A stretch of DNA of 64,000 bases from Podarcis vaucheri (taxonomy: Eukaryota): the NCBI GenBank assembly GCA_965113315.1, contig OZ220363.1. The stretch is one strand, 5' to 3'. Positions 50,479 to 64,000 of this stretch are shown one piece after another; the stretch's first letter is position 1; each line of letters starts with the position of its first letter. A program made the translations under genes and the position numbers. The notes below the pieces were generated by a model. That model was not told where the DNA came from. It did not search any database and saw only the letters and a list, made by a program, of their open reading frames with translations.

Positions 50479-52323
50479 TACAGTAGTGTGAGCAATGCAA
50501 CTTGAGAGAAGGGAAGTATATTTTCTCCAAAGGCACAAAGATACAATTAAAAGGTTTAGAACAGAGGGGAAGCTTGGAATTCATTTATTTTTGCAACATG
50601 CAGATCTAGTTGTAGCCTTTCCCAAACTTGCCTGAGACAAAAGTATGTGACCAAGCAGCCATGAGCAAGTCTTATATGTTGGAAGGGGCTCATATAAAAT
50701 ACATGCAGCTTCACACAATCTGCTATATAATATCATCTCATACATAGTTGATATACTCAATACGCTTCTCTTGTTTCATGCTCTTCCCAGTTAGTACTGC
50801 TGAATCATACAGCCCAGTATTTTGATATGCTGATGTTCTGATAATTTGTCATTTTGATAATTTTGCGCAGAGAGCTGTTTCAGTATATTGACACAGGCCA
50901 TCCCAATTTCGGCTGAGTGGTGCGAGATTCATGGGGCCTGGGCACAAAAAGACACGGCCACAGACACACCAGCATCATATGCTTCAAAGAGGCATTATCA
51001 GCACTACATTCATTTTTATTGGTTTAAGTCAATTCCATCCTGCCTCCTCATTCATACAAAAATCCATATTTAAATCTGCTTTATCATGTCATACATATTT
51101 AAACAGCATTTTCTCTCAATGTATGCTCCTGTCAATGTATTTTATCCTAAAATATGCATTTTGTGTTTGTTTTTTTTGAGCACAGAACTGTTTCACAAAT
51201 TTCAGGCAAGTGTAAAATCCAAAGGATAATTACACTCCAATCTGCATAGCAGTGTGGGAGTGCAAACTAGATCAGTCATCTTAAAAATGAGACACAAACA
51301 ATCATAGCCTGATGGCACTGAAAGCCACCAAGACATCCAGGAGAACTAGCACATCTCACTCCCCAGTTGGCCAGCAAAGATCATCCATCAGGGTGACCAA
51401 ACCTGTTTCTGTATCAAACCTCAACTAAATCAGAGTTGACATTAATCTAGATAATCAGTATCATTCAAGAGTGACTAGAATTGTGTAGCCATCATCTAGT
51501 CCCTGGGCTAGAAAAAATAATCTGACAAACCTCTGGATGCAGTTTGCTCTTCCTCTAGGGTGGATGCACAGACACAACTTTACAAAGAGAAGCAGGACCT
51601 AATCTGCCAGTATGTCCACCTCCACAAAACATTACAAGCCAGGATTAGCAACACTAAGAGAGGAATTCTGTGTTGCGCTATGACGATCCTTTCAGCGATG
51701 CAACCATTTCTCTAGCTTGCTAAAAGGATCACCCCTCTCCTCCCCCATGTGACGTTTTGGGGGTTCTTCTGACCCCCAGAGCGGAATGTGGGGGGGGGGG
51801 AGATCCCACTGCGCTAGCAGGACTTGTTGCACTAGTTTTCACTAGACACAACTTATCCTTGCGCTTCAATCATTGAAACTAATCCAACAAAACCATCAAT
51901 AGGCATTGCACGAATAAATACAAAGTTGCCACAGATACAATCAACTTTATCTTCAAAGTACTTATCAAGCAAGAGAGCTAATTGTTCTTTCGTAAAATTG
52001 TGATGGCCCTGTTGGGGAAGGCCTCAGAACAGCTCTGTTGGAAGAGGCTAAAAGTATGTGGTTGCATGCCAGAATTGCTTCTCTGCTGCCATTATTGTCA
52101 CAGGTTGCATACACTCCATACATTTAAAGCACACATGCACACGGCAAGGAAACTGTAGTTTAAGGATGCTAGGAACTGTAGCTCTATGAGGGATAAACTC
52201 CACTTCCCAGTATTCTCAGGAGTGGGGCAGAATGCATTTGAGTAGCTTCAAGATGATCTCTTACTTCTGCCCAGTTATTTTTGCTTCAACTTATATGAAG
52301 TGATTGAGCTTGCATTAGGATTC

Positions 52324-52440
52324 TACACGAAAGCTTATACCCAGAACAAACTTAGTTGGTCTCTACGGTGCTACTGGACAATTTTTTAATTTTTTAAAAT
52401 TTATTTTGACTGCGTCAACAACACAGCTACCTACCTGAAT
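52324..52440 (+). mobile_element. Penelope-like pLTR fragment
   Basis: acacgaaagcttatacccagaacaaactt overlaps the 3' end of the 16078 remnant and continues with agttggtctct...ggtgctactgga. Confidence 0.7.
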
Positions 52441-52655
52441 ATTAGATTCCTTTGAAATACTTTCTCAATGTGTCATTGCTTTGAAATAAGTGGATCATTA
52501 TGCTAGCTTTGCCTTAGGAAAAGGAGAATCTAAATTTACAGTTCCAATAATGGTCTGGTCACCCCTCCCCCCCCCACCGCGGCCAAATAGAAAGACTTAT
52601 GCATTCCTTTGGAGGCCTTTTCATTCATCAACTTGGAATTAGTTACATGATAAAC

Positions 52656-52673
52656 ATGCACCACCTAGTGGCT
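52656..52673 (-). promoter_or_regulatory. CTCF-like motif
   Basis: tgcaccacctagtggc closely matches the reverse CTCF core. Motif only. Confidence 0.45.
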
Positions 52674-52914
52674 CTTTCCTTCTGCTTCTTTTCAAGTTTT
52701 TTTCATCACAACTTGGGGACACTGCTTTTATGAAAACAAGATCTTCAGAAACGGAGACACGCTGGAGACACTGAATGCTTCAAGAGATGATGTACATATT
52801 GCTTTATAGCAGTAGTAACAACAAAACTGTAGCAATATTTAAGAAGAGTCGATGGATTTGCTCTATATTGCTGAACTGTCACCAGCATGCATTCTACATG
52901 CAAAACTGGTTATG

Positions 52915-53118
52915 TCACACTTAGATCCCACCTTTTCTCCAAGGAGCCCGGAGTTTCTCCTCCTCCCCATTTCATCCTGCCAACAACAATGGGAGGCAAG
53001 TTAGGCTGAGAGAGAGTGGCTGGCTCAGGGTGTCTCAGTGGGCTTCACGTCTTAAGTGAGGGTTTGAACCTTTCTCTCCCAGGTTGTACTCCAACACTCA
53101 AACTATGACACTGCACTG
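52915..53118 (-). mobile_element. MIR-like (CORE) SINE
   Basis: cccatttcatcct..caacaac..gaggcaagttaggctgagagagagtggctggctcagggt...gtttgaacc is a reverse CORE plus B box. Confidence 0.7.
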
Positions 53119-53377
53119 TTTAGGCTTGTCTAATTCCTACTATAAATCTATTCACATTCTTGTTTAACAAAAGCTATTCTCTACTTTGCCCCCCAGCAGC
53201 TCATCAGGCTTGGAGGCACAGGTAATCTTCCCCATGACCTGCTCCCTGATCTTTCCACTTGGAAATGTCAGGGTCTGAATCTGGAACCTTTTCCATGTAA
53301 TGTACATGCTGTAACACAGCACAGTAGAAAAGCATGCACTTTGCAAACATAAAAACTGCCAGATTTAATTCCTAGTA

Positions 53378-54016
53378 CAGTGGAACCTCTACTTACAACC
53401 ATAATCCATTGTGGAGTTCCAGTCATAACTAGAAACGTACATAAGTAGGGGCACACTTTTCCATAGAAAGTACTGGAAAAGTAAATTGATTGATGAAAAA
53501 CATGGATTTTACTGTCTAACGAGACCATAGATCCATAAAATGAAGGCAATAATAATGTACTGTACTATAAAATAAATAAGACAGTATTGTAGATGGAAAA
53601 AAATTAACTTTTTTTCCCTTACGTGCACTGAGGGTGAATGGGCTTACCTGGCTACAAGCTGGGGGTGGGAAAAGGGTCAGTAAAGAGCTGATTCACTTCG
53701 GTCACATTTTTTTCTTGCCAGGCCAGGTTCTTCTCTGGACTTCCTCAGGTTAGTTCATCGGCGGGGTTTGGGGCTTCAGTGTGCCCTGCTGTGCCTCTTG
53801 CAGGCAACACCTCTTCCACAGCTTCGGGGGTGGGATGGGGCTCTCTCCTCGGCAGCGGAGGCCCCAGTGCTGCCCCGCAGCCAGCCGGACGAGCTCCAGG
53901 CTGCTGGCAAGGCCTTTGTTCGTATCTAGAGGAAAGTTCATAAGTCGAAGCACCTACTGAAGGTCGTAACTGGAATCATACATAAGTAGAGCCGTACGCA
54001 AGTCGAGGTTCCACTA
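53378..54016. mobile_element. Long Tigger/pogo-type non-autonomous element with GC-rich interior
   Basis: cagtggaacctctactt / aagtcgaggttccacta, TA flanks. Confidence 0.82.
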
Positions 54017-54218
54017 TATCTCCAGATTAAGAGGATCTCTGCTGTCAGAGCAAAGCAAGACCCTGTTTGTGACAAAGTTTAGTAAAGGTAGGAGTGATCT
54101 GAAATGTGTACTGTGTAACCTAACTAGCAAAACTACAGGTTCTCAGCCAGGCTATAAACCTAATAAATAAGAAAAATGTAATGGGGAAAGTCAAAGGCAA
54201 TTAAAGTGTAATGTAGAT

Positions 54219-54993
54219 CAGGGGTTCCAAGAGGGTGTCCACAGATCACCAGTGGTCCAAACGTTCCATTCAGGTGATCTGCAGCATGTCTGGATTTGTG
54301 GTTTAAGATCATCAAAGCAAATATTCACATTGATTTTTAATTGCATTTAATTGCTTCTTTTATTATGGAAGTGAGAGCTGGACCATAAAGAAGGCTGATC
54401 ACCAAAGAATTGATGCTTTTGAATTATAGTGCTGGAGGAGACTCTTGTGAGTCCCATGGACTGCAAGAAGATCAAACCTATCCATTCTGAAGGAAATCAG
54501 CCCTGAGTGCTCACTGGAAGGACAGATCCTGAAGCTGAGGCTCCAATACTTTGGCTACCTCATGAGAAGAGAAGACTCCCTGGAAAAGACCCTGATGTTG
54601 GGAAAGATGGAGGGCACAAGGAGAAGGGGACGACAGAGGACGAGATGGTTGGATACTGTTCTCGAATCTACCAGCATGAGTTTGACCAAACTGCAGAAGG
54701 CAGTGGAAGACAGGAGTGCCTGGCGTGCTCTGGCCCATGGGGTCACGAAGAGTCGGACACGACTAAACGACTAAACAACAACAAATGTCTAATATTGCAT
54801 TATATTGTTCTATGAATTGGATTCTATGGAATTCTATGTAGGAAATCAAACTAGCAATAAAGAACTAAAAGCATACAACAACTAGCACAGCATACTGCAA
54901 TTGCTACAAGAGGCAGAAAAATCATTAAGTTGTCCTCCAAGATCCTTAGCGATTTTCAAATGGTCCACGGAGAGGAAAGCTGGGGAGTCACTG
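54219..54993. mobile_element. Old hAT MITE hosting a Bov-B insertion
   Basis: caggggttccaag ... ggggagtcactg; subterminal gtggtcca motifs; TSD 5/8 (atgtagat / ctggagaa). Confidence 0.55.
54364..54785 (+). mobile_element. Bov-B (RTE) LINE, 5'-truncated
   Basis: Encodes 'YGSESWTIKK..' and 'MRREDSLEKTLMLGKMEGTRRRGRQRTRWLD'; (AAC)n tail; highly similar to 2483-2800. Confidence 0.93.
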
Positions 54994-55027
54994 CTGGAGA
55001 AATGATTCTGCATTGTACAACAAAATA

Positions 55028-55269
55028 CAGTGGTACCTCGGTTTACGAACTTAATCCGTTCCAGAAGTCCATTCTTAAACTGAAACCATTCTTAAACCAA
55101 GGTGCGCTTTCCCTAATGAGGCCCTCCCGTCGCAGGTGTCCTTCCAACGTTCGGATTCCATTCTTAGACCGAGGTAAAGTTCGCAAACCGGGACACTACT
55201 TCTGGTTTTGCGGAGTTCGTAAACCAAATCGTTCATAAACAGGACTGTTCATAAACCGAGGTACCACTG
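55028..55269. mobile_element. Tigger/pogo-type MITE
   Basis: cagtggtacctcggttta / taaaccgaggtaccactg, TA TSD. Confidence 0.9.
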
Positions 55270-57969
55270 TAGTTTGCTTTTCCACTGAAGGTCAGTTAAC
55301 ATGTGATGAAAGTATACCTATTTAAAACACTGTGCTTACTCAAAGCTATATTTTTAATAAAAAAAAAATTCAAAACATCTTATTAATAGTAGTGTACCAA
55401 AAAGGGCACAGAGGTTTCAAGGAGACTCAGACATAATAAACATGTTTTGTAAATTCAGTGCTAAGAGAAATATGAAGTCTACTGAGAAATTGGTTGGAGT
55501 ACAGGAGTAAGAACACTGGCAAGCTTCTGCTTCAAGGTCCCAGCATCAGACTAAAAATATTATGATCTTTGAAATATGCTATTTTCTTCCACTGCAGTGC
55601 TACTATATAATATTTAGACTGCAGGATCGAAATCTGAGAATTGTCACGTAAGTGCACTAGAATTACTATTTAAGGTTTTTCCTTTAAGGTTTTTCCTGCA
55701 AACCTCATTGCTGCAGCAAAGATATCTGGATGCTACCATCTTGTTCAACAGCTGCTTTCAAAACATGTTAGATGGCTTAGCCATGGCCTGTTGGCAGATG
55801 AATATGGAACTGTTAATTTTAAAATCTGGTATTGAATACCAAAACTTGCTAACAAATAAATAAGCACAGATACATAACAACCCAAAGATACAGATAGAGA
55901 TACAGCATAACACTGAATTAAAAGACCATTGACATGCAAGGTCAAACAGCACAGGCAGCAATTTGACTATTTTTTAACCAAAAATGAAAGATACCCCTAC
56001 AACTTAAGTTCTCTATCAATTCTTGCAGAATTCCAAAGCAACAAAACTCAAACTTCACTACAAACTCACTAATGAACTGAGTTGGATTCACTTCTGAGTA
56101 AGCATGTCTAGAACTGAAATTTGAGTGACATTTAATCTCGTCAAATCAAGGGGAACATTGTATGGGTTTCTAACTTTGTAAGTCTTTTTTCCTCTAACTC
56201 AAATTAGATTAGAAAATGTAAGCAATAAAGGGGAAAGCTGCATTTGAAGCATGGAGCCTTCATAACATGGTGAGAGACACATATATTTTGTACTCTGATA
56301 ACTTCATTCAAGTATCAAATATAATGCAAAATAGCCTTGTTCCAGGATCAGAGGATGAGATCTTCTATATGTTCGCAATTATTCTAAAGAAGCTAAAGAT
56401 TACATTTTTAAACCATATTTGAGTTCTTGCATTACTGCTTTTTGCACAGACAAGATGCCTTTTCTCCACACCTGCTGTATACCTTTAAATAGCTTCCCAT
56501 ACCACAAAAGTTATGACTACAGGCTGGAGTGTAGTAAGTGCAACGACGTGAGAAAAGACATAAACACATTCATTACAAGAATGCAGCTGATGACTATCTG
56601 CCTGTGCCAGATATTTTCTGGCCCAAAATACTATCATTTACAGTTCACAACTAACAAAGGCAGAGTCAGCTTTGATTCATGGCATTCCATGATCAACCAG
56701 CCAATCACTTATAAAATAAAAACACTTGCATGCAGAAAAGTGCCCTGGCAAAGGTTTATACTTCCAGATTTTGGAAGCATGCTTCAAAGACAAAGTGATT
56801 TAGATTTATTGGGTTTTAGAGTGGAGGCCTCCCAACGCAGTTTAAATAAAATTATAAACTATTAATCCACAAACACACATTAAAAACAGAGCAATAAAAA
56901 GAAAAGAAAAACTAAAAATCAAGCAAAACACACAATAAAACAAATCTAGGGTATTGCTTATAGGTGATCACAATATAGAACAATGAAACAAGGAGATATA
57001 ATATAATGAATGTGATGAGAAATAAAAGAGAATTAAGTACAAATCAAGTAACTTAGAGCACACTAAAAGGCCTGGGCGAGTGAACAGTCTTTATTTGATT
57101 CTATAAAGGTATCAGACTTGGCACTAGGCAAGCGTCCCTGAAGAGAGAATTCCACTACCACAACACCATAACCAAGAAAGCCTCCACTTGGTTCCTTGCT
57201 CATTGACAAAAATATGTGGAAGAGTGTGCATGTCTGTGTGCACACATTCCTGGCTGCCTGCCTTCTTGAGAGTGTGTGTGCACACATGATGCGAGTGTGC
57301 ATTGGCCACTTTAGCCATGTCCACAACTGACATGTGGCCATAAGTGGCTTCAGTCAACTCTCAGTGAAGTCCTCAAGCCAGCCCTGCTTTGCATCCTTGG
57401 GCCCTAAACGTCATATGAGAAATTTGAGATGCAGGAAGGTGGGAGGCAAACATCACTAAAAAAAAAAAAAAGACATGGTGTAGCTCATTCATATATTTGA
57501 TGGACAGTGTAACTCAGCAAAATGGACACTTTCAAAAATATCAGCAAAATACCAGAAAATTGATCAAAGAAAATCTTTCCTGTTACTAAAAACTCAGATA
57601 TCAACATTTCAAACAAGAACTGTTGCATTTCTGAGCATTTTCATTTGGTCCTAATTAAATTGCAGACTGGCTGAGGTTTCCTTCAGCACAACCTCCCATC
57701 TGTCTTATTTTTCTACTACCCAAAATATTAACCAGAGTCTCAAGTGGGAGAAAGTTACACATAGCAATGAAAGAAAACCCACCAGCAGTTTATTAGAGTT
57801 AAAGCAAAACAGACTTTCTGGAGGTCTGTCTAAAATGCCAATTTTTGACCTCATTTTGGAATGTGGAACTTATTTTTACAGAATTTAAGATGCATCGCCA
57901 TCTATTTTCCACTCGGTGAAATCTTTTGAGGTGCTCGATAGAACAGAAAGTGACCGTTTCCCATTATTA

Positions 57970-58147
57970 CCGTATTTACTCAAATGTAATGCACACCATT
58001 TTTGGCCAAATTACATTGCAAAAATTAGGGTGCGCATTAGATTTGATGGCACATTTATATTCTCCAGCAAATACTTTTTTGGTTTCAAGGTTTTGAATAT
58101 TGAGGTGTGCATTAGATTTGATGGCGCATTAGATTTGTGTAAATACC
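57970..58147. mobile_element. Tc2-type MITE
   Basis: ccgtatttactc start; repeated gcattagatttg; right end decayed. Confidence 0.7.
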
Positions 58148-58194
58148 ATGGTCAGAATGTCTCCCCCTGCCAGAGTTTTATTGTACATTTATCT

Positions 58195-58960
58195 TATATG
58201 TGCCCATCTTGGCTTATTTAAGCTTGCTGAGATGACCAAGTGGATCAAGGATATGGTCAATGTATCCTTGAAGGAGAAAGTGTTCTTGGCCATCCTGAAC
58301 AAGGCAGTGATCCAGCCACTCCTGAAAAAGCCCAGCCTAGATCCATTGGTTTGTGGAAACTATTGCCCAGTCACAAATACATCCTTTTTAGGGAAACTGA
58401 TTGAGAGGTTTGCAGCAAAACAATTGCAGGTACTCTGGGATGAAGGAGGTTATCTTTACTCTTTTCAACCTGAGTTCAGGCCTGGTTATGAGACTGAGTT
58501 GGCCCTGGTCAATCACATGCCCAATGGCCCCTTAAACCAATTGCCCAAACAGAATGCCTAGTTGACATTTTGGGGGCGGACAGCTTGCAAGTCTCATTTT
58601 TCAATACAATTTTTTTGGTTCCTGAAATTCAATCTCACTGTGAAGATAAAATATAATGGACAGAAATCTACAGGATGTGTTGCTGTTGTGTGAAAACAGT
58701 CACGATCCAAGGATCCCCAGACATGCACCTCCAGATGGTGGAGACGTCAGGCGCCATCCTAGCACCCAGGCATCTTCACTTGGTCGCAAGTGGCCAATAG
58801 CCAGGTGCAAAATGCTCCTGGTGCCTGGCAGAGTGCAACCCTGTTGTGTTTACTTGATCTTTCAGGAGCTTCTGATCCCCTTGGCCATGGTATCCTTATG
58901 AAACGACTTAGTGGGATCGGTATGGGAGGCCCTGCTTTACAGTGGTTCCAATCCTATCCC
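58195..58960 (+). mobile_element. Old L2 RT fragment with a ~300-bp insertion (~58512-58830)
   Basis: 'AVIQPLLKKPSLDP..NYCPVTNTSFLGKLIE..FQPEFRPGYETELALV' resumes as 'LLDLSGASDPLGHGILMKRL..ALQWFQSY'. Confidence 0.82.
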
Positions 58961-59370
58961 AGAGAATTATATTTGGAAAGCTGCCAGAAGGAAATGAAGC
59001 CCCCAAGCTTAGAAAGGTTCCTCAGCCCTGCTTTACAGCCAAACAAGAAAATAACAGAGGTAGTATAAAATTAGAATGCAGCAGTAGCAAGTATGAGCTA
59101 GGAGTGATCAAGTAAATTTTCCAAATATTGTGATTTTTTAATGTTAAAAAGAACCTTTTGTTACCCGCTAGATGTTTATAATTTAAAAGGGAAACAATCC
59201 AGATCTTAAAACATGACTTGGAAAAAGTGGGAGCTGACTTATGCACACTTACCTGGGACTCCACTGAACTCAACATATAAGAGCGCACTGTTATTCCATC
59301 TTAAGGTGGCAATCCCAGGAAACAATCACACACACACACACAAACAAACAAACAAACATATTGTCTAGCA

Positions 59371-59490
59371 CAGTGGTGTCCAAACTTTTTTCAAAGAGAG
59401 CCAGATTTGATGAAGTGAAGGGCCATGGGGGCCGACCAAAGTTGTTGACCTTTTTTTTTAGGAGGATTGAAATTGTTCAGGCCCCCAGAT
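59371..59490. mobile_element. Partial hAT MITE (left end)
   Basis: cagtggtgtccaaactttttt...gccagattt. Confidence 0.5.
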
Positions 59491-60951
59491 TACTTACAAT
59501 AAGATTACAATAAAACTGCCAATATCATAAACAATCATTAGTGGTATAAGCAGATACAATTGTTTTAACGTGATGGCACTGACAACACCTGTCCAAAAGC
59601 TCTAAACCAGAGGGCAGTCAAACCATGTGTAAACATAAGTGCTTTGAAAGCCCCAACCTCTCCTTTAGAGACCACGGCCTGTCCTGCCACTGTATTACTT
59701 TAAATTGCAATCCAGTATTACTGTATTATCTCCCTTTCTACACTTTTCTGTGGCACTGAAACAGGAAATATTGCACCAGCTTTTTCATTTCTTTTTCTCA
59801 ACAGCATTATTTTTTTATGAGCATGACTCTTCCAAATGGAACATTGTGTCAAGACCATAAAACTGCAAAAATGCGCATTCTTGAAACACTCGGCTTGAAA
59901 GCAGACAGATGTCAGCAAAACTGAAACTAGTTATAAATTCATTTAAACCATAACAGTTTTCAAAGTAAATGTTGTGTTGCAAAATAATAATTTTAACCAC
60001 TATAAATAAAAGAGAATTTTTACACAATGAAATACTGTTATTTAGATAGGCTGGAGGACATTTCACCCTGCTACAAGGGTAAAGGGAAGGATAAAAGTCA
60101 CTTCCTGAATAAGAGGGCAGGAGTTAATCAAACTCTACATGGCAATTTACTACAATTTACCAGTGAACTTTTTTTTCTCTCATGGGGAGAGCAAAACCCT
60201 GTTTGTAAGTAGCAAGGCAAACAGACCTGAACCGATATGTTCTTTTTATTTTCTGAAGTCTGCTTTATTCCCATGGTCCTCTTCTTCCTTAGTTACTCTT
60301 AATCAACTTTATATAGTTTGGCTGTTGAGGTCTGAGGTTGTGTTGATGCTAGACTCTAAGGGTTAGTGTAATCTCCCACAGGCTTAGACCCTGGGCACAT
60401 ACTTCTTGTGTGAATAAGCGGAGTCTGACAGGAAAGCAAGCAAGCTGCTCTGATCTCTAGGGTGGGATAGCAGCTGGATACCAGCTCTGTTTCCCTGTGA
60501 AGAGGAGAGGGATTTGGCCAAGAAGCACAGAATGCACTGTCTCCAGGCCTCTTCATATGTAATTGCCTTGGGCTCCCAGAAACCACCCATGTCTTGAGTT
60601 GAGATGATGCCCTAAAAGGGAGGGTGGTGGAAGCATACTAGATAGCTATGAAGCAAGACTGGCCTACCTTAAAAGACAGTTGCACATGGAAGGGTGTAAA
60701 CAGATTTTCCTAGCTTTCACTTCTGTTAAATCCACTATGAATTTAAATTAATGATCCCAACTTAGTCATGTTCATTAGTTTCAGTAAGTCTACCTTGAGT
60801 AAAGCTTAGTTGAATAACACCTCATAAAGCAGCCAAAAAAAGCTAGAAAAGGTTTTTTAGATCGCCATTAAGACAAACATAAAAGCAATTCAGAAATAAA
60901 AAAAATATTTAAAAGCCCTCCACCAATTTTGTGGAAGTTTAAAAGTACCGG

Positions 60952-61150
60952 TAAGTTACGAACGCGGCAAACCCAGAAGTGTTTACTTCCGGGTTTGCCA
61001 CGCACACACACGCAGAAGTGATCTGCGCACATGCACAGAAGTGCTTTATTGCGCTTCACGCACACGCAGTAGTGGCACTCTACTTAAGGACTTTGGGGGG
61101 CCCAAACGGCACCTCAAAATGGATTGCGTTCGTAAATAGAGGTACCACTG
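60952..61150. mobile_element. Truncated Tigger/pogo-type MITE
   Basis: Right TIR gaggtaccactg-TA present; left TIR lost. Confidence 0.7.
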
Positions 61151-63177
61151 TAATTTAATTCTTTTTTTAAAAAATCTGACTACATTTTCGTTCAAGAGTT
61201 CAAGGCAACATATTTAATCAATCTAAATGGAGTACAGACACCAAACACAAAACTACTATACTTTTCCTCTGCTGTTTTATGAATTTAAACAGTGATTCAA
61301 ACCTTCTTTTAAACCGGCTGTTTGTAGTATATACAGGGTTAAAATATCAAAAGGATACATTAATAAAGTAAGCATCAATGCTTAACTTTTCCATTCATTC
61401 AGCATCTCTGGAAAACATTAAAAGCTTCAGTCTTCTTAGCATTCTGTCTCTATGTTCTTAAGGAAGGGCAAAGTGCAACATCTCTGGATTGCTTTCTATA
61501 GCTCAAATTTACAATGTTAATCAACTGAAATGAAATAACTAAAAGACAGAGGTATTAAGAACTTCCATACACATTATGTAACTTTCCACTTTGCCAAGAA
61601 TGCATCATATGTGCTCTAAATGCAAACAGAAATGTCGTTAAAGTCACTTTTTCAAAAACCATTTTCCTGGCTCCTTTTTAAACGTGTATCATTGAGTAAG
61701 ATGGTCTGGGCCATTACCTTTGCACACAATTTTAAAGGCATGGATTAATGTTTTAGTATTTCAAGACACCTGACAAGTTTTATAGCCGGTTTCAAAAAAT
61801 AAAATCAACCCCTACCATGTTTCACAGGAACTTTTCTTCCTAAATCTAATGTATGATTGACTGAGGCAAAAGCTACAAGAACCAGAGCAGTCAGAGGCAG
61901 AAGAGTTCACAGATGGATCACATCTCCCCAACACATTTTTTTCCTTAAATTACTCAATACAGTATGCTTCCTACACTTACAGAATGCTTAAAAATTCTAT
62001 CACACTAGGCTTCCTGGGGATTATTCTTCTCTAAAATTGTTCTTAAGGAAAAACTTGTCTAAAAGCAAAATATTGCTTTTGACACAGATTTAATTAACTC
62101 TGCTCAAAAGCTACCTAAGATTTTGTATTTTTATATTTGGCCCTGCTCTTCCTCTAAGGAGCTCAGGGCAACTTACAAATATTCCTAATGTGATCCCATT
62201 TCCAGACAGTTTACAGGGCCAAACTACTTTCAGTATTAGAATGTTGGACCATTTTTTGACCCTCTTATACGCACACATGGCGGTGGGGCAGAAGTGCTAC
62301 TCTTTATATGACAAAGTCTTCCAGTTCTCACCCACCCATCCGCCCAAATCTGTTCTGGATACTCCCTAAACGCCCCAGAACAGAGAGCAGGGGGCACTCA
62401 GGAAGAGGGGTGGAAGAAGTTCCACTGCACAAGCCCTTGTGTGAACAGGGCAACGTTGTTGGATATATCCCCAAGGGAGGAATCCAACATTGTGCTTTTC
62501 TGATAATTCTGTCAGTGCAAGCATTTTGGCTTGCCAGGCAGAACAATCCCAACTCTTCTCCCCACCACACACTATCCTGGGGATTCTTCCAATCCCCCAG
62601 AGTCAATATAGGGGGGCACACAGGGTGGAGGAGGCGGGGGGGAAGGCCACACTGCACAAGTGAAAGTCTTTGCACAGGGCTTCCACCGACAGGACACAGC
62701 TGAACCTCACTGCATATCACTTTAACTCAACAAATCAAACACAGTCAAGAATGCTAAGACTGCCAGGAGGTTCCCTACATCTCCCTCAAATATTCTGACA
62801 CGTGCCTGTCCCCCAGATCAATTTGTCAGATGGAGTGTTATCATTTTCAAGTTGAGTACATTCCAGTTTCTTCCTATGGTGGTGTTACATTTAAAGTTCA
62901 GTTTTCTTTTTCTTCACTGAATAGAATGTTTTGTTCCAAAAATTCACCTTCTGCCCAATTACATTAATTAAGATGATCTATAGAGGCCCCAAACCATGGA
63001 TAATTGGAACAAGAGAAGGAGAGCTTTTTCTCTTGCCACATAAGACTTTGTACATCTGATTTATGGAGATCCTTGTTTGCCTTCTGCTGCAGTGTCCAGG
63101 CCTTCCTGTACAGCCAGTGTTGGGTCTTTAATCAATTAATTGTATATATTTTTTAATTTTCTCCAAGTAGCCACCCC

Positions 63178-63542
63178 TAAAGGTAAAGTTACCCCTGCCC
63201 GTACGGGCCAGTCGTGACCGACTCTAGGGTTGCGCGCTCATCTCGCTCAAGAGGCCGGGAGCCGGCGCCATCCGAAGACACTTCCGGGTCACGTGGCCAG
63301 CGTGACAAAGCTGCAACTGGCAAGCCAGCACCAGTGCCGCACACAGAAACGCCGTTTACCTTCCCGCTATAAAGCGGTACCTATTTATTTATTTGCACTT
63401 AGGGGTGCTTTCGAACTGCTAGGTAGGCAGGAGCTGGGACCAAACGACGGGAGCTCACCCCGCCGCGGGGATTCGAACTGCCGACCTTACGATCAGCAAG
63501 TCCTAGGCACTGAGGTTTGACCCACAGCACCACCCGCGTCCC
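63178..63542 (-). mobile_element. Sauria SINE (young, CpG-rich)
   Basis: Reverse complement is close to the 10027 copy. Confidence 0.93.
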
Positions 63543-64000
63543 TGCCCAAAAAGGTAGCATATTTATTATGTATTAAAATAATTAGTAAATTTATAATTAG
63601 TAAAGTGCTAAGCATATCAGCTGAAGGACCAGAACCACTAAACATATGCCAAATGACTAAAGATGGACACACTATATTTCATTAAAAGCAATGTTCAAAT
63701 TTCCAACCCCAAAGTATCTAGTAACTCTAGATAAAATGTAAGTCTAATAAAGTGGTCATATTGTGAAACATTTTCCATTTTATTATGATGCAATACAACC
63801 TCAGTCCACATTTGCCAAGTTCAAAATATCTCACTGCTTAGTCAATGAAAATTCAACACACACAAATTTCAGTCCTTGAGGGAGACAACAGCAAATGCCT
63901 GATGATGCCTGATGATGCTCAGCCAAATGCCTGATGATGAAGCATGCTGCAATATCCTCATGATATAAATCCACGCAGAAGAGATGGGCAACCCATCTCT

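Noticed and set aside
63897-63940. gcctgatgat short repeats (C/D box or array-like)
   Set aside because: Only about three short units with no spacers or snoRNA architecture; local slippage. No CRISPR or prokaryotic system is seen anywhere in the window.

Overview
Vertebrate, AT-rich, repeat-dense DNA. It is almost certainly squamate and probably a lacertid lizard, judged from six Sauria SINEs, Bov-B, CR1, L2, Penelope and lizard-type MITEs. It reads as an intron or intergenic region, and no host protein-coding gene could be identified; there are only two candidate minus-strand microexons. The one large coding feature is a full-length ~6.2 kb L1 on the minus strand (~32931-39133). It has a ~1 kb 5'UTR, an intact 348-aa ORF1, and an ORF2 (endonuclease, RT, Cys knuckle) broken only by a 1-nt frameshift; no target-site duplication is visible. 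The rest is a layered collection of TEs: about 11 Tigger/pogo-type MITEs sharing one TIR, Tc2-type MITEs, hAT and hAT-Blackjack MITEs, and several clean nestings. The most notable items are (i) a young hAT element carrying a CpG-island, 5'UTR/first-exon-like cargo (Pack-TIR-like) along with other cargo-carrying MITEs, (ii) minimal hammerhead-ribozyme motifs in Penelope remnants, (iii) the near-intact L1, and (iv) a triple nesting SINE>hAT>SINE. Family names come from recognition by eye and were not confirmed by any database search.
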